A stretch of DNA of 64,000 bases. Origin: Trichoplax sp. H2 (taxonomy: Eukaryota). Positions 41,814 to 55,202 of the stretch are shown in pieces; position 1 is the first letter of the stretch, and each line of letters begins with the position of its first letter. Under the pieces are notes generated by a model. It worked only from the letters and a program-made list of their open reading frames with translations, did no database searches and was not told where the DNA came from. The translations under genes were made by a program, and so were the position numbers. Where the stretch lies: contig NOWV01000019.1 of assembly GCA_003344405.1 (NCBI GenBank), positions 558,001 to 622,000 on the forward strand, written 5' to 3'.

Positions 41814-43954
41814 GTACTATCATGCTATAATAACGCAATCAGTTCGCAAAAGCAAACCCTAATTGGAAAATGTTAAAAACAAGCCAATAAAATTCATCAT
41901 TGTTGATGTAGTAATTACAACATTTAGGGCTAAAAGCCCAAGGTTGAATGTAAACGTTTATATCCTGATATAATTATCTCTACTTATGGTTTATAGAAAC
42001 ACATAAAAGAATTAAATTGGGATATCTAAATGATAACTAAGATTTTATTTTAATGCAAAGTAATAATTCCCCTTGAAACAGACGAATTCTTGCCTGATAG
42101 TTTGCCAAAAAATTAGATAAAAGATGGCGGCATACCGGAACATTTTATTTTCTAACTACTATTTCAATTAGGCACTTTTTATGCCTTTATTGGATGCTTC
42201 CATCCCTTTCCGTTAAAACCACAGATAAAGATCAAAAATGTTCACTCATTAACTTCAAAGTTAAGGAAAGGTTATAAAAGAAAATTATTTCTTAGGTGAT
42301 CTAATGAATGATCAGTTTTATCCAACATCAAAATAGAACATCTGTTCTTGTAATTTAATTTACTGTTATGAATGCATTCCACTTTACCCTTATGACAGTA
42401 TACTATAGCGCCTGATTTCTGTTCCCAGCAAATTGAGCATAAAAACTTGTTAAATGATACAATTTGGATATAATAGAGAGCCGTCAGCTGTCAGCGTAAC
42501 ACCGCTTCTAATAATTAGCAAGGCTTCAATTTTACATGTAAGCATTGACTATTAGTCAATATGAATAAATCTACTAAACTGATTATCTAAGCTTCAACTT
42601 ACATTTTTAAAAGTGTAACTTCTTTGCTGAAACTTGTTATGATCGCGCAAGAATTGTTTTGCTGATATCAGTATTATTGTGGTCTGGCTTCCAGACCAAT
42701 AAATTTGATTGACTGATAACTGAAATGATTGAAAGCTGTTCCTATCACGTTGAAAAGCGGCTACATCTCTATTCTTTCACATGAATTCTATTTATTTGGC
42801 ATATTGCTACCGAGATCTTTCTACAAAGTAATAATGGTAATATATCGTATGTCTGTATAGCAATTTAACTTTTTATATACTTGTACAATAACTAATTTAA
42901 AGTACTATTTATCCATCTATAGAGTAGTATACTCGTGTATAAGTTTATAGATAGAATTTAAACAGCACATTTGAACTTAGTGCTTGGCGTTAATTATATA
43001 GTAATAGTAGCTAGGCTTAGATACTGTAATGTCTAAAGCACTATACTGCGATGCGATGGTTAGGTAAGGAATTGAAAGTCATGCGCTTTCTAACTATTAT
43101 AATACGTAGCTGTTTACAAAATCCGGCTTATTAAAATGTAAATGAAAATTTCACCGCCACTCATTTAAAGATCCTGATCCTACGTATGATAAAGTTCAAG
43201 ATTAAAATGACACTTTAGATTATTGTTTAAAACTAATTTAAAGCAAATATCGAGCAGCAAATACTATACATATTAAACGATTGATTTTCATCTATAATAG
43301 AAGCTAGCTATAGATAAAGTTAAGATTAAAAGATATTCTAAAATTATAATTTACTAAATCACCATAAAAGGTATATACACTTTCATAAAATTAATTGAAT
43401 ATAAAATATCGAGCAGTAAGTACTGCTCATATTTGATGATTTGTTTATATCTATATCTTCACTTCGGATCTCATTTTGCAAGAGTAATATTTACTTTCAA
43501 TCTATTGTTAGCATACAACAATTTTTATTTTTTAACCGACATTTTTCCTCTCTGTGTAGCAGCTACTGATTATGCAACGAACAGTAAGCAGTTACTTATC
43601 ACAAATAATTAATTGGACTCGAAAATATAAACTCATCCAAAGGGTTAGATTTTGAAACGTACAGCACTTCATTTCTCAAGGAGTTTCTCAATATAGATCA
43701 CAGTCAAGAGTTAAAGACAATTTTGTATTAATTTCTTTGACTTGAATTGAGCTTTGTTGCCAATTTTTAACATCCAATACACTTGCAAAATATTTAAAAT
43801 CTTCGTAAATTGTTAACGCTTTCCAATTACGATATTACTATTAAGTAAATTCTATAAAATAATGCCAATATTTGTCGTCTAATCACAATTTTTAACTGAT
43901 ATACTAATAGCTAAAATATGACTACATTTCCTAATTTAGGTGTATAAAAGTTAC

Positions 43955-44584
43955 TGTCACAAAAGAGCTTTGCAACAAGATAACGCAATATACGATCAAT
44001 AAGTCAATTCCTTGAACCACGTATCAAGGAACGATATCTGCACTATCACAAACACTTTTGCTCTACTAGCAGACTACACGAAGACTTAAACGCCTCGTAT
44101 TTTACGTTAAACACTAAGTTGGACAATTCTCTTTATTTCACGATATACTGCATTTATATACTACTCCTCAATAGCTCATAAGTCATAGTTAATACAATTA
44201 ACATTAGAATCATTTACTGAATTCGATATTAATTTTAGCTACTGCTCCCTTAATGCAGACAACAGTATTTACGAACATAGACATGTAATGACTAATACAG
44301 AATAGTCAGATTACGATATGTCCTATCACGGAACATTTCCATGATAATTTACAGTCTACCATAAGTAAATTACAATCACAATGATTCGAGCTATAAGTAG
44401 ATGATTTGCATTCCCTATTATAATTATTAATTTCAGTATGTGTATAAGTGTCACTGTCATAAAAAGTCAGTGCTATATTAAAACACAGTATATCCAAATT
44501 AGAAGTTAACTAAATAAGAATAGTCTAACATAATTATCCTAACATAGATATTTCTACTCTAATACAGTATTTAACACTGTAACA
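43955..44584 (-). mobile_element. Solo LTR family 1 (630 bp), TSD GTTAC
   Basis: Reverse-complement copy of 37380-38009. GTTAC at 43950-43954 and 44585-44589. Confidence 0.9.
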
Positions 44585-45063
44585 GTTACCAATAGCTATC
44601 GTCTTTGTTCTTTCGATGTTTGTGCTTAAAAACTCTGAATTACATCGCTTGCACAAACTTAAACATTTTGATAGGTCAAGTTAATATTTACTCGTAGAGA
44701 GTAAAGTAAGATTCAAAGTTCCGTTCGAAATGTTTATTAATTAGTCAATTCACAGAAGTTTCAATTTTTTACAGTACATTATAACAAATTCTAAGGATGT
44801 GTAGCTATTACGTTAGCATTTTACTTATGGATCGATGAAATCGAATGTGTAATTTGGCGATAATACCTTAAAAGAGTTACTGTAATAAATGCTAAATAAT
44901 TTGTTGCCTATCATACTTTTACTCGAGACTTTTCACCTTGAGTTTGCTGCAGCAATTCTTAAATTATCAAGAACGCGTAGCAAATTAAAAGTCTTAATTG
45001 AATCGATTGGGTTCTTTCGTTTCTTGAGTAGCCTTTACTCTGCGTACCTCTACTATTGCCTAA

Positions 45064-48000
45064 TTAAGCACATAGAATAGGATGCGTTGTAATGGTAATT
45101 TCCTTACTGATCGGTTCCATATCTCTGCTACAAGACCAAGTCAAAGAAGGATGAAGATTAGCGTCAACAAATAAGCCATTTATTTCCATATTTTTTGCGG
45201 TGATTTCTTTTACGTTTACTTCTGATTGAGGAGATTTTTCACGTAACGTTTCTTTCAATTGATTCTTTATTATTGTATCTTCTGACTTTATTGATGAAGT
45301 GTAATTTTCAACCGATTCTTCGTCTACGCTCGAATTGCTAGATTTCAATTCTTCATCTACGTTGTCCCATTCGTTACTCACTATTTCAGAATCAGCTCTT
45401 CCAAGCGACCAACAGAAAGATGAATAAGTTACAGTTTCCTTAATAGCGCTGATTTGTTCCTCTACGTTTTGCTCCGGTTGATCATGATCATTAGGTAATA
45501 ATGCTGCTAATTGATTCCCTTTGCTCAGATCTTCTTGAGTACTAGTTTCTGGGAATGAATGGTCATTATGATCTATGCTTGATTTGTGTCCTGTAACTAT
45601 TTCTTCTATATGACTGCAAACACTGGTGTTTCTATTGGACTTGATAACCATTTTATGAGGTGGGTTTGTAGTATTATTTTGATGGATAGTAGGTAGACTA
45701 GTTTGAATATTATTTTGCAATTCGCTCCATGTTGAAACATTTCGAGCACTACGATTTATAGAATATCGATTCGGTGTACGAGGACTACTCCTACTGGAAT
45801 TGATACCTTCGATTTGATCGCTGTTTTCTGAATTATTGTCGGGATTGTTAGAAGTACTGGAAACTTCTCTTAACAACATCCCTATCTCAGCGTATGCTGA
45901 TTCTGGATCATCTACGGTGACTTGAGTTAATGTATAATTTATTTCATTACTTGATGAGACAGTAGGTTTAGGTTTTGCCTTCTTCTTGTGTAACCATTTG
46001 AAGTAGCTTATAATGACCAAGACTGCAATAATGATTGCAGTGATGGCTACCAATATATATGGTATTAGGATTGATATAGAATGCTGCGGTTCTATTGAAA
46101 TAAAAAATAATGCAACAATTACTTTAGTTATTGTAGCTTTATCTTTATTTAATCATTAAAGTGATTCGATATCCTTAATGATATTTATCCTTGTCTGGAA
46201 AGTAATGTATTATAAATAGTTTACAACTAGTTCAGTGTAATATTTCGATACCTGTCGAGCCAGAAGAAAGCAATAGCTGAGTAACAGTTGATTCATCAGA
46301 AGTAAATAAGTTCTCTTTAGTTATAGGAGTAGTTGCTAGTCCTTCGTTAACTTTCACCGTAGATTTTGGTGTATTCTTCCATGTATCTACTATTTTATTA
46401 TCCTTCAAATAAGTTGAGGAGGGTGAAGGAGCTGTAGGGGTTAAAGTTGCAGTATTCTGTATAGCCATACTAGTAGGATTTTGGAAATTACGGTCAATAA
46501 TCGATGTAGTAGTATCTCCATGAACTTGATGAGTTATCCAAGTAGTTGTCGATAACGTTGTAGCATCATTATTGTCTGCATTGTCAATTTTTGTAGACGA
46601 AGGGCTACTTTTAGGGGTTGATATTGAAGATAAACTCATCGTAGGCTTGTTTGAAGTTAGACTTGCTTGAACGGGCTGAATACTAAAATTAAACTTACTC
46701 GTATTTGCACTTTTAATATTATACTCTGACGCTGCATTGGCAAACCAAAAGTACTTTTGATTCTTAGAAAAGGGGTTGAGATGATATTGAATGCTTCCAC
46801 TATGAACATTCTAAGGAGCAACATAGATACAAAAGCAATATTCAGCAAGTTTAGAGCCGCTAAAGGGTAATGGAATAATTTGCAGCTGAATGCCTTTTAC
46901 AAAAATGAGACATGGTACTTTCATGTATTGATAGGAAATATAAATGGTTATCTGTTCAAGAATGCTTATTGCATCAAGCAGATCCGGATTTGATTATGTG
47001 CTACTTATAAGCCACAGTAAATGTAAATAATTATCTGCACAGAAATTTTTATTGTATCGAACTGATCTGGGTATTATTAATTAAGGTAGTTTAATATTCA
47101 TGCTAATTTAAGTTACCTTCTGCAATAATTTGACCTCATTATTCACCATCAGGTAAAAGTTATAGGTATAATCGATTAAATAATAGCATGATTTCCTTTT
47201 CTGGCAAGTAAATTGGATAGCTTTTCTCCTATAGTCAACGAAACTTTGACAAAGTGGAGTTTCCGGCTGAACTAAATTTTTATGTAATCAAAGTTGCAAA
47301 TAAAGCTTAGTCTATTAACAAGTTGATTGGTTTTATACCGCTTACTTAATGCACAAGTTTTTGTACAGACTTGATTACGTAAGATACTTATTTAACCGCG
47401 ATATTGTTCGGATATCACTGAAATTTAAAATAGCAAGATTTAAGATCTTTTAAGTTACTTACAGCGCTTATAAGGTAATATCGTGTATTGATCGGATAAA
47501 GATATCATTTTATTTTCAGAAAGTAGCATTATCCGATAGTCAAAAACTGGGCTATTCAGATTTCTTGGTAATTCTATCGTACACTTTGTTTCATTCGTGT
47601 TATAGCAAGCCAGAGAAGAGGAGATACTTGCAGTAAATGACCAATATTTATATTTAACAGCGTAGTGCAAGCGTCTGATAGGTAAACATTTAGAATTATT
47701 CGATGTACGTGACGTCCATGATATTGAGATTCGATTGCATATGACAGAAATCTTGATATCATCAAGAGCAATGTTTGAAACTGGTTTAAAAAAGAATTAA
47801 CGGTTATTAGAGTTTCGTCGATAAATTAAAAATTGGAAGTACTTTACGACAACCAGAATCTACTCGCTATATAATGAAAAATTTCCAGTTAAATCAGCTT
47901 TTTTGCTCTTAATTTCTATATTATATTAAACTAGTGGAGAAGTCATTTGAAGATTACGATCATTAATCCTAAGTTCCGAATAAATGGTATCCAGTTAAAT

Positions 48001-50527
48001 CACCCAACTTAGCCCTTAAAAGTAATATATTAAATTAAACTAGCGTAAAGTCACTTAATGGTTCTCATCAAATTTTAAGTTCCTTATGATTCATAATTAA
48101 ACCTACATTTACGGCTGAAGCCTATTTCTTCTGTCAGATAATCGGATAGGTTATTTCACAAATTAAATTTATTATTAACGTTGCATTACTATCAGTGCTA
48201 TGTGGGATAGAACTTGACGTAATTTTTTACCGTAAACTATATCTTAGCACTTGAAATATCTAAATTTTACTTTTAGGAAATGGGCTCATAATGTAATGGA
48301 TTGCATGTGTGCGTATAATACGCATGTTCAAGAAGCGAAAAATTTTTCGAAAATAGTAAAGCGCATACACTCTATAAGACAAGGAGAAATGAACATGGCT
48401 AAATGTTTAGCCAGGTCTGATAGAATGCCTCTCATTATTAGAAATCGTACTGATCTCAAATTGCGAAGATATCTCCTTGATTACTTTTACAGGTAATTGG
48501 AATATCACTAAAACTATAATATTATTTTAAATTAGGTTAAAATCTATAGTGTTTGCTTACAATCATTTCCTTATATTATGTGCATTGAAAGGCAGTAAAT
48601 GTTGTAAAATATCTTTCACGAGTTTACTAACTTATATTAAAACTTAGTTTAGAAAAAATTCGTAATAGGTTATATGATTGTTTTACCAGTATTTAAAACG
48701 CACAATTTTCGAGTAAAATTGAATATTTTAGCTTTACTTTACTGCACTGCAAATAGAATTTTGTAATAAATGTTTGAGCTTCTAGTCCATTTATGCTACA
48801 CCCTAATTTATTTATATAATTGACGTAATGTTTGGTTTAAAACTCAAAAATAATAATAATAACCTAACAATAACAGATTAATTATAGTATGCAAGACTCA
48901 TTTCATGCGAACTACCATATCAAAGCACATTTCTTATGAAATAGATAAGTTTAAACCAATTATTTCGAATAGCTAAACTTTGCACTCGTTCGAAAGTAGA
49001 AATGGATTTAATGTGAAACTATTTAAATTGGAATTAATTTCTATTGTTGCACTCTATACAATAATAAGTTAGGAATAAAAAAAACAATATAATATTACTG
49101 CACGTTGAGTTGGATATACTAATGAAGATTCGTAGATTTGCAGTAGCTATCCAAATCATGCACTACGTGGTTTGGACGTTTGAACAGTACGTTATATTTA
49201 CTCGCAAATTGAAGAAATAAATTAATACAGGACCGAATAAAAGCTTACCTTTAGGATTGCATGAAGAGCTGCCAGGAAGATTCTTACTCCTTCCTAAGTA
49301 GGCGGTTATTCAGATAGAAATTGTGGCAAAAGATTAAAAATTAGTTTTTGCATAGTAATATAATGACTTCCTATCAGAAAATTCAAAAGCATCGTCTCCA
49401 TAATGAATATGTTAAAAGTGCTTTGATTCATTAATCTAACGTTCTAATTAGTTTCTGCGGCTATCATATATTACTTTATTATTTACTATTAAAATGTGAT
49501 ATAAAATTCCATAATTTGTAGAAAATTAGAACTTTACTCGATCTTTATACAACGATTACGTATACACGACTCTACTGTAGCTGAATATGACTACTAGAAA
49601 GATTTCTAGAAAATAATTACTAAATAGTACTATAACATTAATTGAATGTAACATTAACTAATAAGAATAGTTACTAACATCAGTACAGAAGGATTTATAT
49701 TAGTACAGAGACCTTATCTTAATTGTGTTAATGTCAGCAACCTTATCTAATAAGGAAATCACTAATGTGTAATATGCGATGTGTAGTGTGAATCACTAAT
49801 AAATAAGATCGTTGTATATAAGCCATTTTTTATTTATTATAGTTTAGTTCCTTAATTGCTGGTCTTGACGCTGATCTCTCAACAAACGTAATAAAATAGC
49901 CTATTATTATCTAGCAACGTATAGATTACTGTGAATTTGATTACGTGTATAGAGTTGCCTGCTTACATATTGTACTTTTTGTAGCGTTTATAGCTACAAC
50001 CAGCATTGCAATATACTACTTTATTTTACAATTATCACATTACTTAAAGTAGTAATAACATTTAAGCTGAGCAGCTATAATCCGATATGATAACAGCTAG
50101 AGTATTGACGCAGACGTGATTTCTATCATCCAAAGTACGACAAACCAAGTCCTAATGTATGAGTTACCTATATATTATTACTACTAGCAATAAAATGAAC
50201 TCAAAATCCTACTAAAAAGGTAATCTATACTCTATCATGGAATCTTTAATTATAGTCCATAGTTATGAGCCTTTAATTAAAAATGCTTTATGACAAAAAT
50301 AAAAAGCTACGCTACTGTACGACATGCTAAATATGATTAATAAGTAACAATTCGATATTATATTACGCTAAGTATGATACACGAGTGCATAACAACTTCA
50401 ATGATAATAAAGTACCAGCTTTTGCAATAGATCGGTATTGCAAAAGTATAAAATAATTCATAATTGCCTTACCTGAAACTATGAATGACCATCCAAGCAC
50501 AACTGCTAAACCTAATAGCAATTTCAT
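45064..50527 (-). CDS. Receptor C: type I membrane protein, one FN3-pair module, long Ser/Thr mucin-like stalk, TM, ~310-aa low-complexity cytoplasmic tail
   Basis: Exons 50527-50473 (MKLLLGLAVVLGWSFIVS), 49293-49249 (Cys micro-exon), 47780-47463 (D1), 47271-47117 (D2a FQPETPLC...), 46810-46252 (D2b + stalk), 46091-45064 (TM ILIPYILVAITAIIIAVLVIISYF, KKKAKPKP, tail). All GT-AG and in frame. Confidence 0.85.
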
Positions 50528-53500
50528 GTTGTATCGTAGCTCTTGAAATGCAAATCGGTTATCGTACAAATATTAAATCAGTAACAAATTTATGGATAGT
50601 ATGAACTATTATAACTTAATCTGTAACTAATAATCTTTTATGATATATATAACCGCAAGTATTTCAAATGTTATTTAATCTAAAGATGGACATATATATA
50701 TATATTTAGGTGTATTAATAGACCGATATAGGGGGTATTGTGTTGAATCCCCACATGTAAACGGCGGTACATAATTTGAATAAATGAATATTGTGTAGGC
50801 CCTCTATAGTATTTACTCCAATTTCTATTACGTCATCATGTAACAATATTTCCTACCATTACCTTATTATGGTACCTTAATGCAATATTATTAAAGTCAG
50901 GACGCTCTCATGCGTTTAAATATTCGATATAGTTATTACTCATCATTTAAAGGTCTTACGGCAAAAAAACAATCATAACAGTTTAAGAATAATGATCATT
51001 CCCGGTTTAATTTTCTACCTTATTTGCATATTAGGGAAGTCATAGTTTGATTCGAAGTCTACAATACACCGATAGAATTTTTAAATTGGACATTGCCCAT
51101 ATTGATAAGTATGGAAAATCAGATGCTGTCCTATTAAGTTTAGAGTAATTGATATCAGAAATATATTACAGTACGGTTGAGGGAGTATAAAGAGAATTGA
51201 TGCAAAATCGATTGATTATCTGAAAGTAAGGGGGAAATTTCCCATAGTTATTCGGCTATTCTTCCTTGGCGATTTAACGCTGACAAGGGCGGTATGAGTC
51301 ATTACATAAACTGATGATCGATTACCGGAACTAATTAACATTCAATATAGCAGTAGATGGAAAAAAACTAAATAAGATATTTATAGCTATGTCATCCACG
51401 TGAGCAGAGATTCTTTTCAATTCAATGTTTTTACACTGATCACTTTTCTATCAAACTCCACTGGAAATTGTAGTATAGATAAATTATTGTTTATATTTCT
51501 ATTGCAGTATCCTTTTGATACTTTATTAACATCAAGCTTCTATTATAGATGAATAATGACTTTATAAATGATTTTGGAATTATGATAAAGGTGATTTCTT
51601 CTTATCAGACGTTAACGTGATTTTTCAGTCGATCTCTCACCATGCAAAAAACGTAGTCGCTCCACCAGACATTATATTATGAAAAAGTCGTTTAAGTATT
51701 AAAAACTTGTTCCTGAAATAGATTTATTCGTATCTATTTCTTTATATTCTAACAATTAACTGTCAGTTACAGTAATACTTTTGGTAGTGTTTATTTTTTG
51801 CACAAAAATGCTGTTGCTAAGATTAGAAGTATGTTACTATTAAACTTCATTGAATGTAAAGAAATTTCCGCTATGTTGGAAGAACGAGTAACAAAATAGT
51901 TTATACTGCATTAGAAAAAGAAATTTGATGACCCTTCACGTAATCGCCAAATGTTGACCAGGCTAGAAATTACGATAAAATTCTTAAATTATTGAAATAA
52001 TTTACTTAGGAAGCTCGATATAATAACATACAGCAAGAAACCTACGATATGATTCAATATAAACTATTGATTATAATTATGTATCATCATAGCAATTTGA
52101 AACAATAAATATCTAGAGTCTGCTAGTAATTTTTAAAAGCACTAGGATGAAACCAGAAGCGCTAGCGACTACAAAATTACAGCTAAATGGTAAGGATAAT
52201 TTATATAGTGGTATCCAATGGTTAAGAAATATTATTATCTCCTTATCCCGGTAGCAATTAAATAAAAAATTGTTGAAATAGTAATTTTAGCCAGTTAAAC
52301 TACAGTCAAATATGTCGATTAAAAGCTGCCTATAAATCAGAAAGACTTTGTAGGCCTGAAATACTCATACAGCAACTAGATTCCAATTACGAAAATAAAG
52401 TACGGTAGTAATCTGTTTCATCATTAATCCTCTTGATTGCAACATCGATCCTAACAAGAATTTACCTCTAGCTGTGACTGAGAATGTCTACTTAGTAATA
52501 ATTTTTGCTTGCCATATTATTATTATGATTTATTTTTACTCCTTCTCTTCAATAACAAACAATATTTATTTATTCGACAATTACAGAACATCAGAGATAA
52601 AGATCTCTGCACCTTAGAATTATTTTTGCGTATACTAAATCTTTTCGTAATAAATGAAAAATCTGCTAGTATTACAACGGCTCTAATTGTTGCTTAATAA
52701 ATTGTGAATATACGTATTTAAAGGCGGTAATAAGCATTCTTTACAGTCATTAAGGCTAGAAATGAGATCTTTAGCATTTTCCTTGCAACTTATTGATACG
52801 CCTTCATAATTGTATGTTGACTGCAACAGAATCATGAAATCATAGATCAATAACAATCATAGCATTGGCATTATCGTAAACTCTCAAAGATCAATTATAA
52901 GACAATTTTAACGTTCTCTTACTCTTATTGATGTGCTTATGTAGGACAGTCCTTAAAATAGCGCAATAGGTGGTAGGTAATTGATGAAAGATATTTAATC
53001 ATGTAAGATTGACAGCATATGTTAGTAGTTGTAGACGAACTAAAATTCAAGATTGCTTTAAGCACGGATCTGCGCCAAATAATTAAAAGGTAAATTTTAG
53101 TAGGAATATTTATTAAGATGATTGGACACCAAATTATAAGTTATCGAATTTGAATCACTTCTGATTTTGAGACACTTTATCACACTCTTCAACATGACGT
53201 GATGACTATAATAAAAACTATACAATCATAAGCCGATAGCAATCGCATCATTGACATCTTTTTAAATGCTCAAGAATACGATTCGACTGACCTTTTAATC
53301 ATAGATCACATTAGGCAACTTAATATGCGTCAGTGAGTACAGGAATGATAATATTCGTAGCCCTTCAATAAAGTAAAATTGAAATGTTTGTACGAGAGAT
53401 CTGAAATCAAGTCAAATGCACTATCGTATCATTTATCTGATGAAAGAATTAATCATTCCCTAGCTTTAGAAATAACTATTTTAAAGAAGTGGTAGCTCTC

Positions 53501-53946
53501 TACATAAAGTGTTTGTTATGATGTTACAGTATTTCGATCATTGTTATCGTTTGTCACTTTTCCAGCATGTTGTAAAATGCTACTACTATTGACAGTTTTG
53601 GTGTTATAAATCACTTTGGCACCGCTCTTTTCACAATCGATAGAATCTACAATGATTGAATTTTCGAGAAGAAAATTGAGATAAGAACTTCCTCATATAG
53701 TGATATATCACTAATTTACTTTTTGAGTTCCTCTAATAGGACTAATCAGAACAAATTCGGAGCAAAATGGTTTCTACGAATCCTGATTAATGAATTTCTA
53801 CAACTGCGGATTTAATTTCGGGATCAGGACAGCAGTTACCGTGCTGATTTAGACACTTATGTAATGAACTCTTTCACGATCTCTGAATCATACTATAAGT
53901 AAGAATTATTAAATCGTTAAATTAACTTCTTAGATTTGTATAAGAA

Positions 53947-54132
53947 CTAAATTCTATGATTGTCGTAGAATTCCAGGAAAGTAAAATTAATAATATTGCA
54001 TCCTTTACTAACAACATCACCATACTTGTATTTGGCATAGCTAATGAATACTGCTAATAATGATGTAATTAGTATCATTAAAAGCATTACAATATTGGAA
54101 TAATCTTTATAATATTGCTCAGAACTATGCAA
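53947..54132 (-). pseudogene. Possible decayed copy of a TM/juxtamembrane exon of the receptor family
   Basis: LLMILITSLLAVFISYAKYKYGDVVSKGCN resembles receptor D GILFVLSILACYVQQSTKNVISKCN. It is followed by stops and no ectodomain exons were found. Confidence 0.3.
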
Positions 54133-55202
54133 GATTCGTCATATCTTACTTATATGCTAGGTAATTTTTATTTTATTTAAGAAAAATCATAGAAAATAAA
54201 TCTGTAAAACAAGAAGAATTGATGAATTGATACAGTTTTAATCTAACAGTAATTTTAAGCCCAAATTTCATTTTTTAGCTAACAACTGCTGCTTGAATAA
54301 ATATAGCTACAGCGTACTATATGTGAAACAATCTCATGCAATATATTATAAATCTATTTTCATAATATGACATCGAAAGATTGAACTATCAAATCCAATG
54401 AATTATATCATTTGCAAATTACTAGCCGCTTCTGTAATAAATTCGGAATAAGATCATAATTAACGCCGAAAATTTCCAACTCAATCGAAAGTCGTATTCA
54501 AAAAACTTGTAAATTAAAGTCCAATACTTATTAAAATTTATGCTTAATTATTTGACTATCGTAAACTAAGGAGATAAATTCTTGGTTATTCTATTCGCAG
54601 ATCGATATATAATTATGGCGATATCTTATTACAATTTTCTCAGATGGTGATGAATTAATACATAGATCGTATCAACTACGCAATTAACATTTGAACTTGT
54701 CGAATTTTTAACCAAGTCGAGAATGCTAATAGAATTCTTAAGCATAGAATTCAACAGTCTATTTCGACTGCCTAGCCTTTAAAAATAATCGAATTTTTTT
54801 CATCTTAAGTAAGGTAGACAAAATTATTCAGCTGCAAATACGAAATCGAGAAAAGAATTAATTATATCTATCAGATTTAGTTGCTCTACTATTCTCATCT
54901 TTTGCGACAGCAAGCATGTAGCAACAGCGATAAACTTATTATTTGACTAATTTATTTCACAGTAATTGTATCCCATTTAACTACATACTCTAAGATAAAA
55001 AATTTGCCAATAATTCGTTTTTTATAGAATGATTAATAAAATATTTTTCTTCCTGCAATTGGATATTAAGCGGCTGCTGTTTGTAATCTAAATTTAATTA
55101 AGGCGATTAGCTACTAATTTGTTTTTATTAGAGACAATATAACGTCCCTTCCAATGAAATACGTAAATCTTGTAATATCCAGTTATTAATTAATAGAGGA
55201 AA

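Noticed and set aside
25626-44497. Three near-identical 63-aa ORFs (MDILCFNIALTF...) at 25626, 37467 and 44306
   Set aside because: They lie inside the family-1 LTR copies and start at TTG. The identity reflects the repeat, not a protein family.
49576-49998. TGTAGCT...AGCTACA segment with TATA and AATAAA
   Set aside because: The flanks (TCTAC/ACCAG) do not form a TSD, and the right end is explained by a local hairpin.
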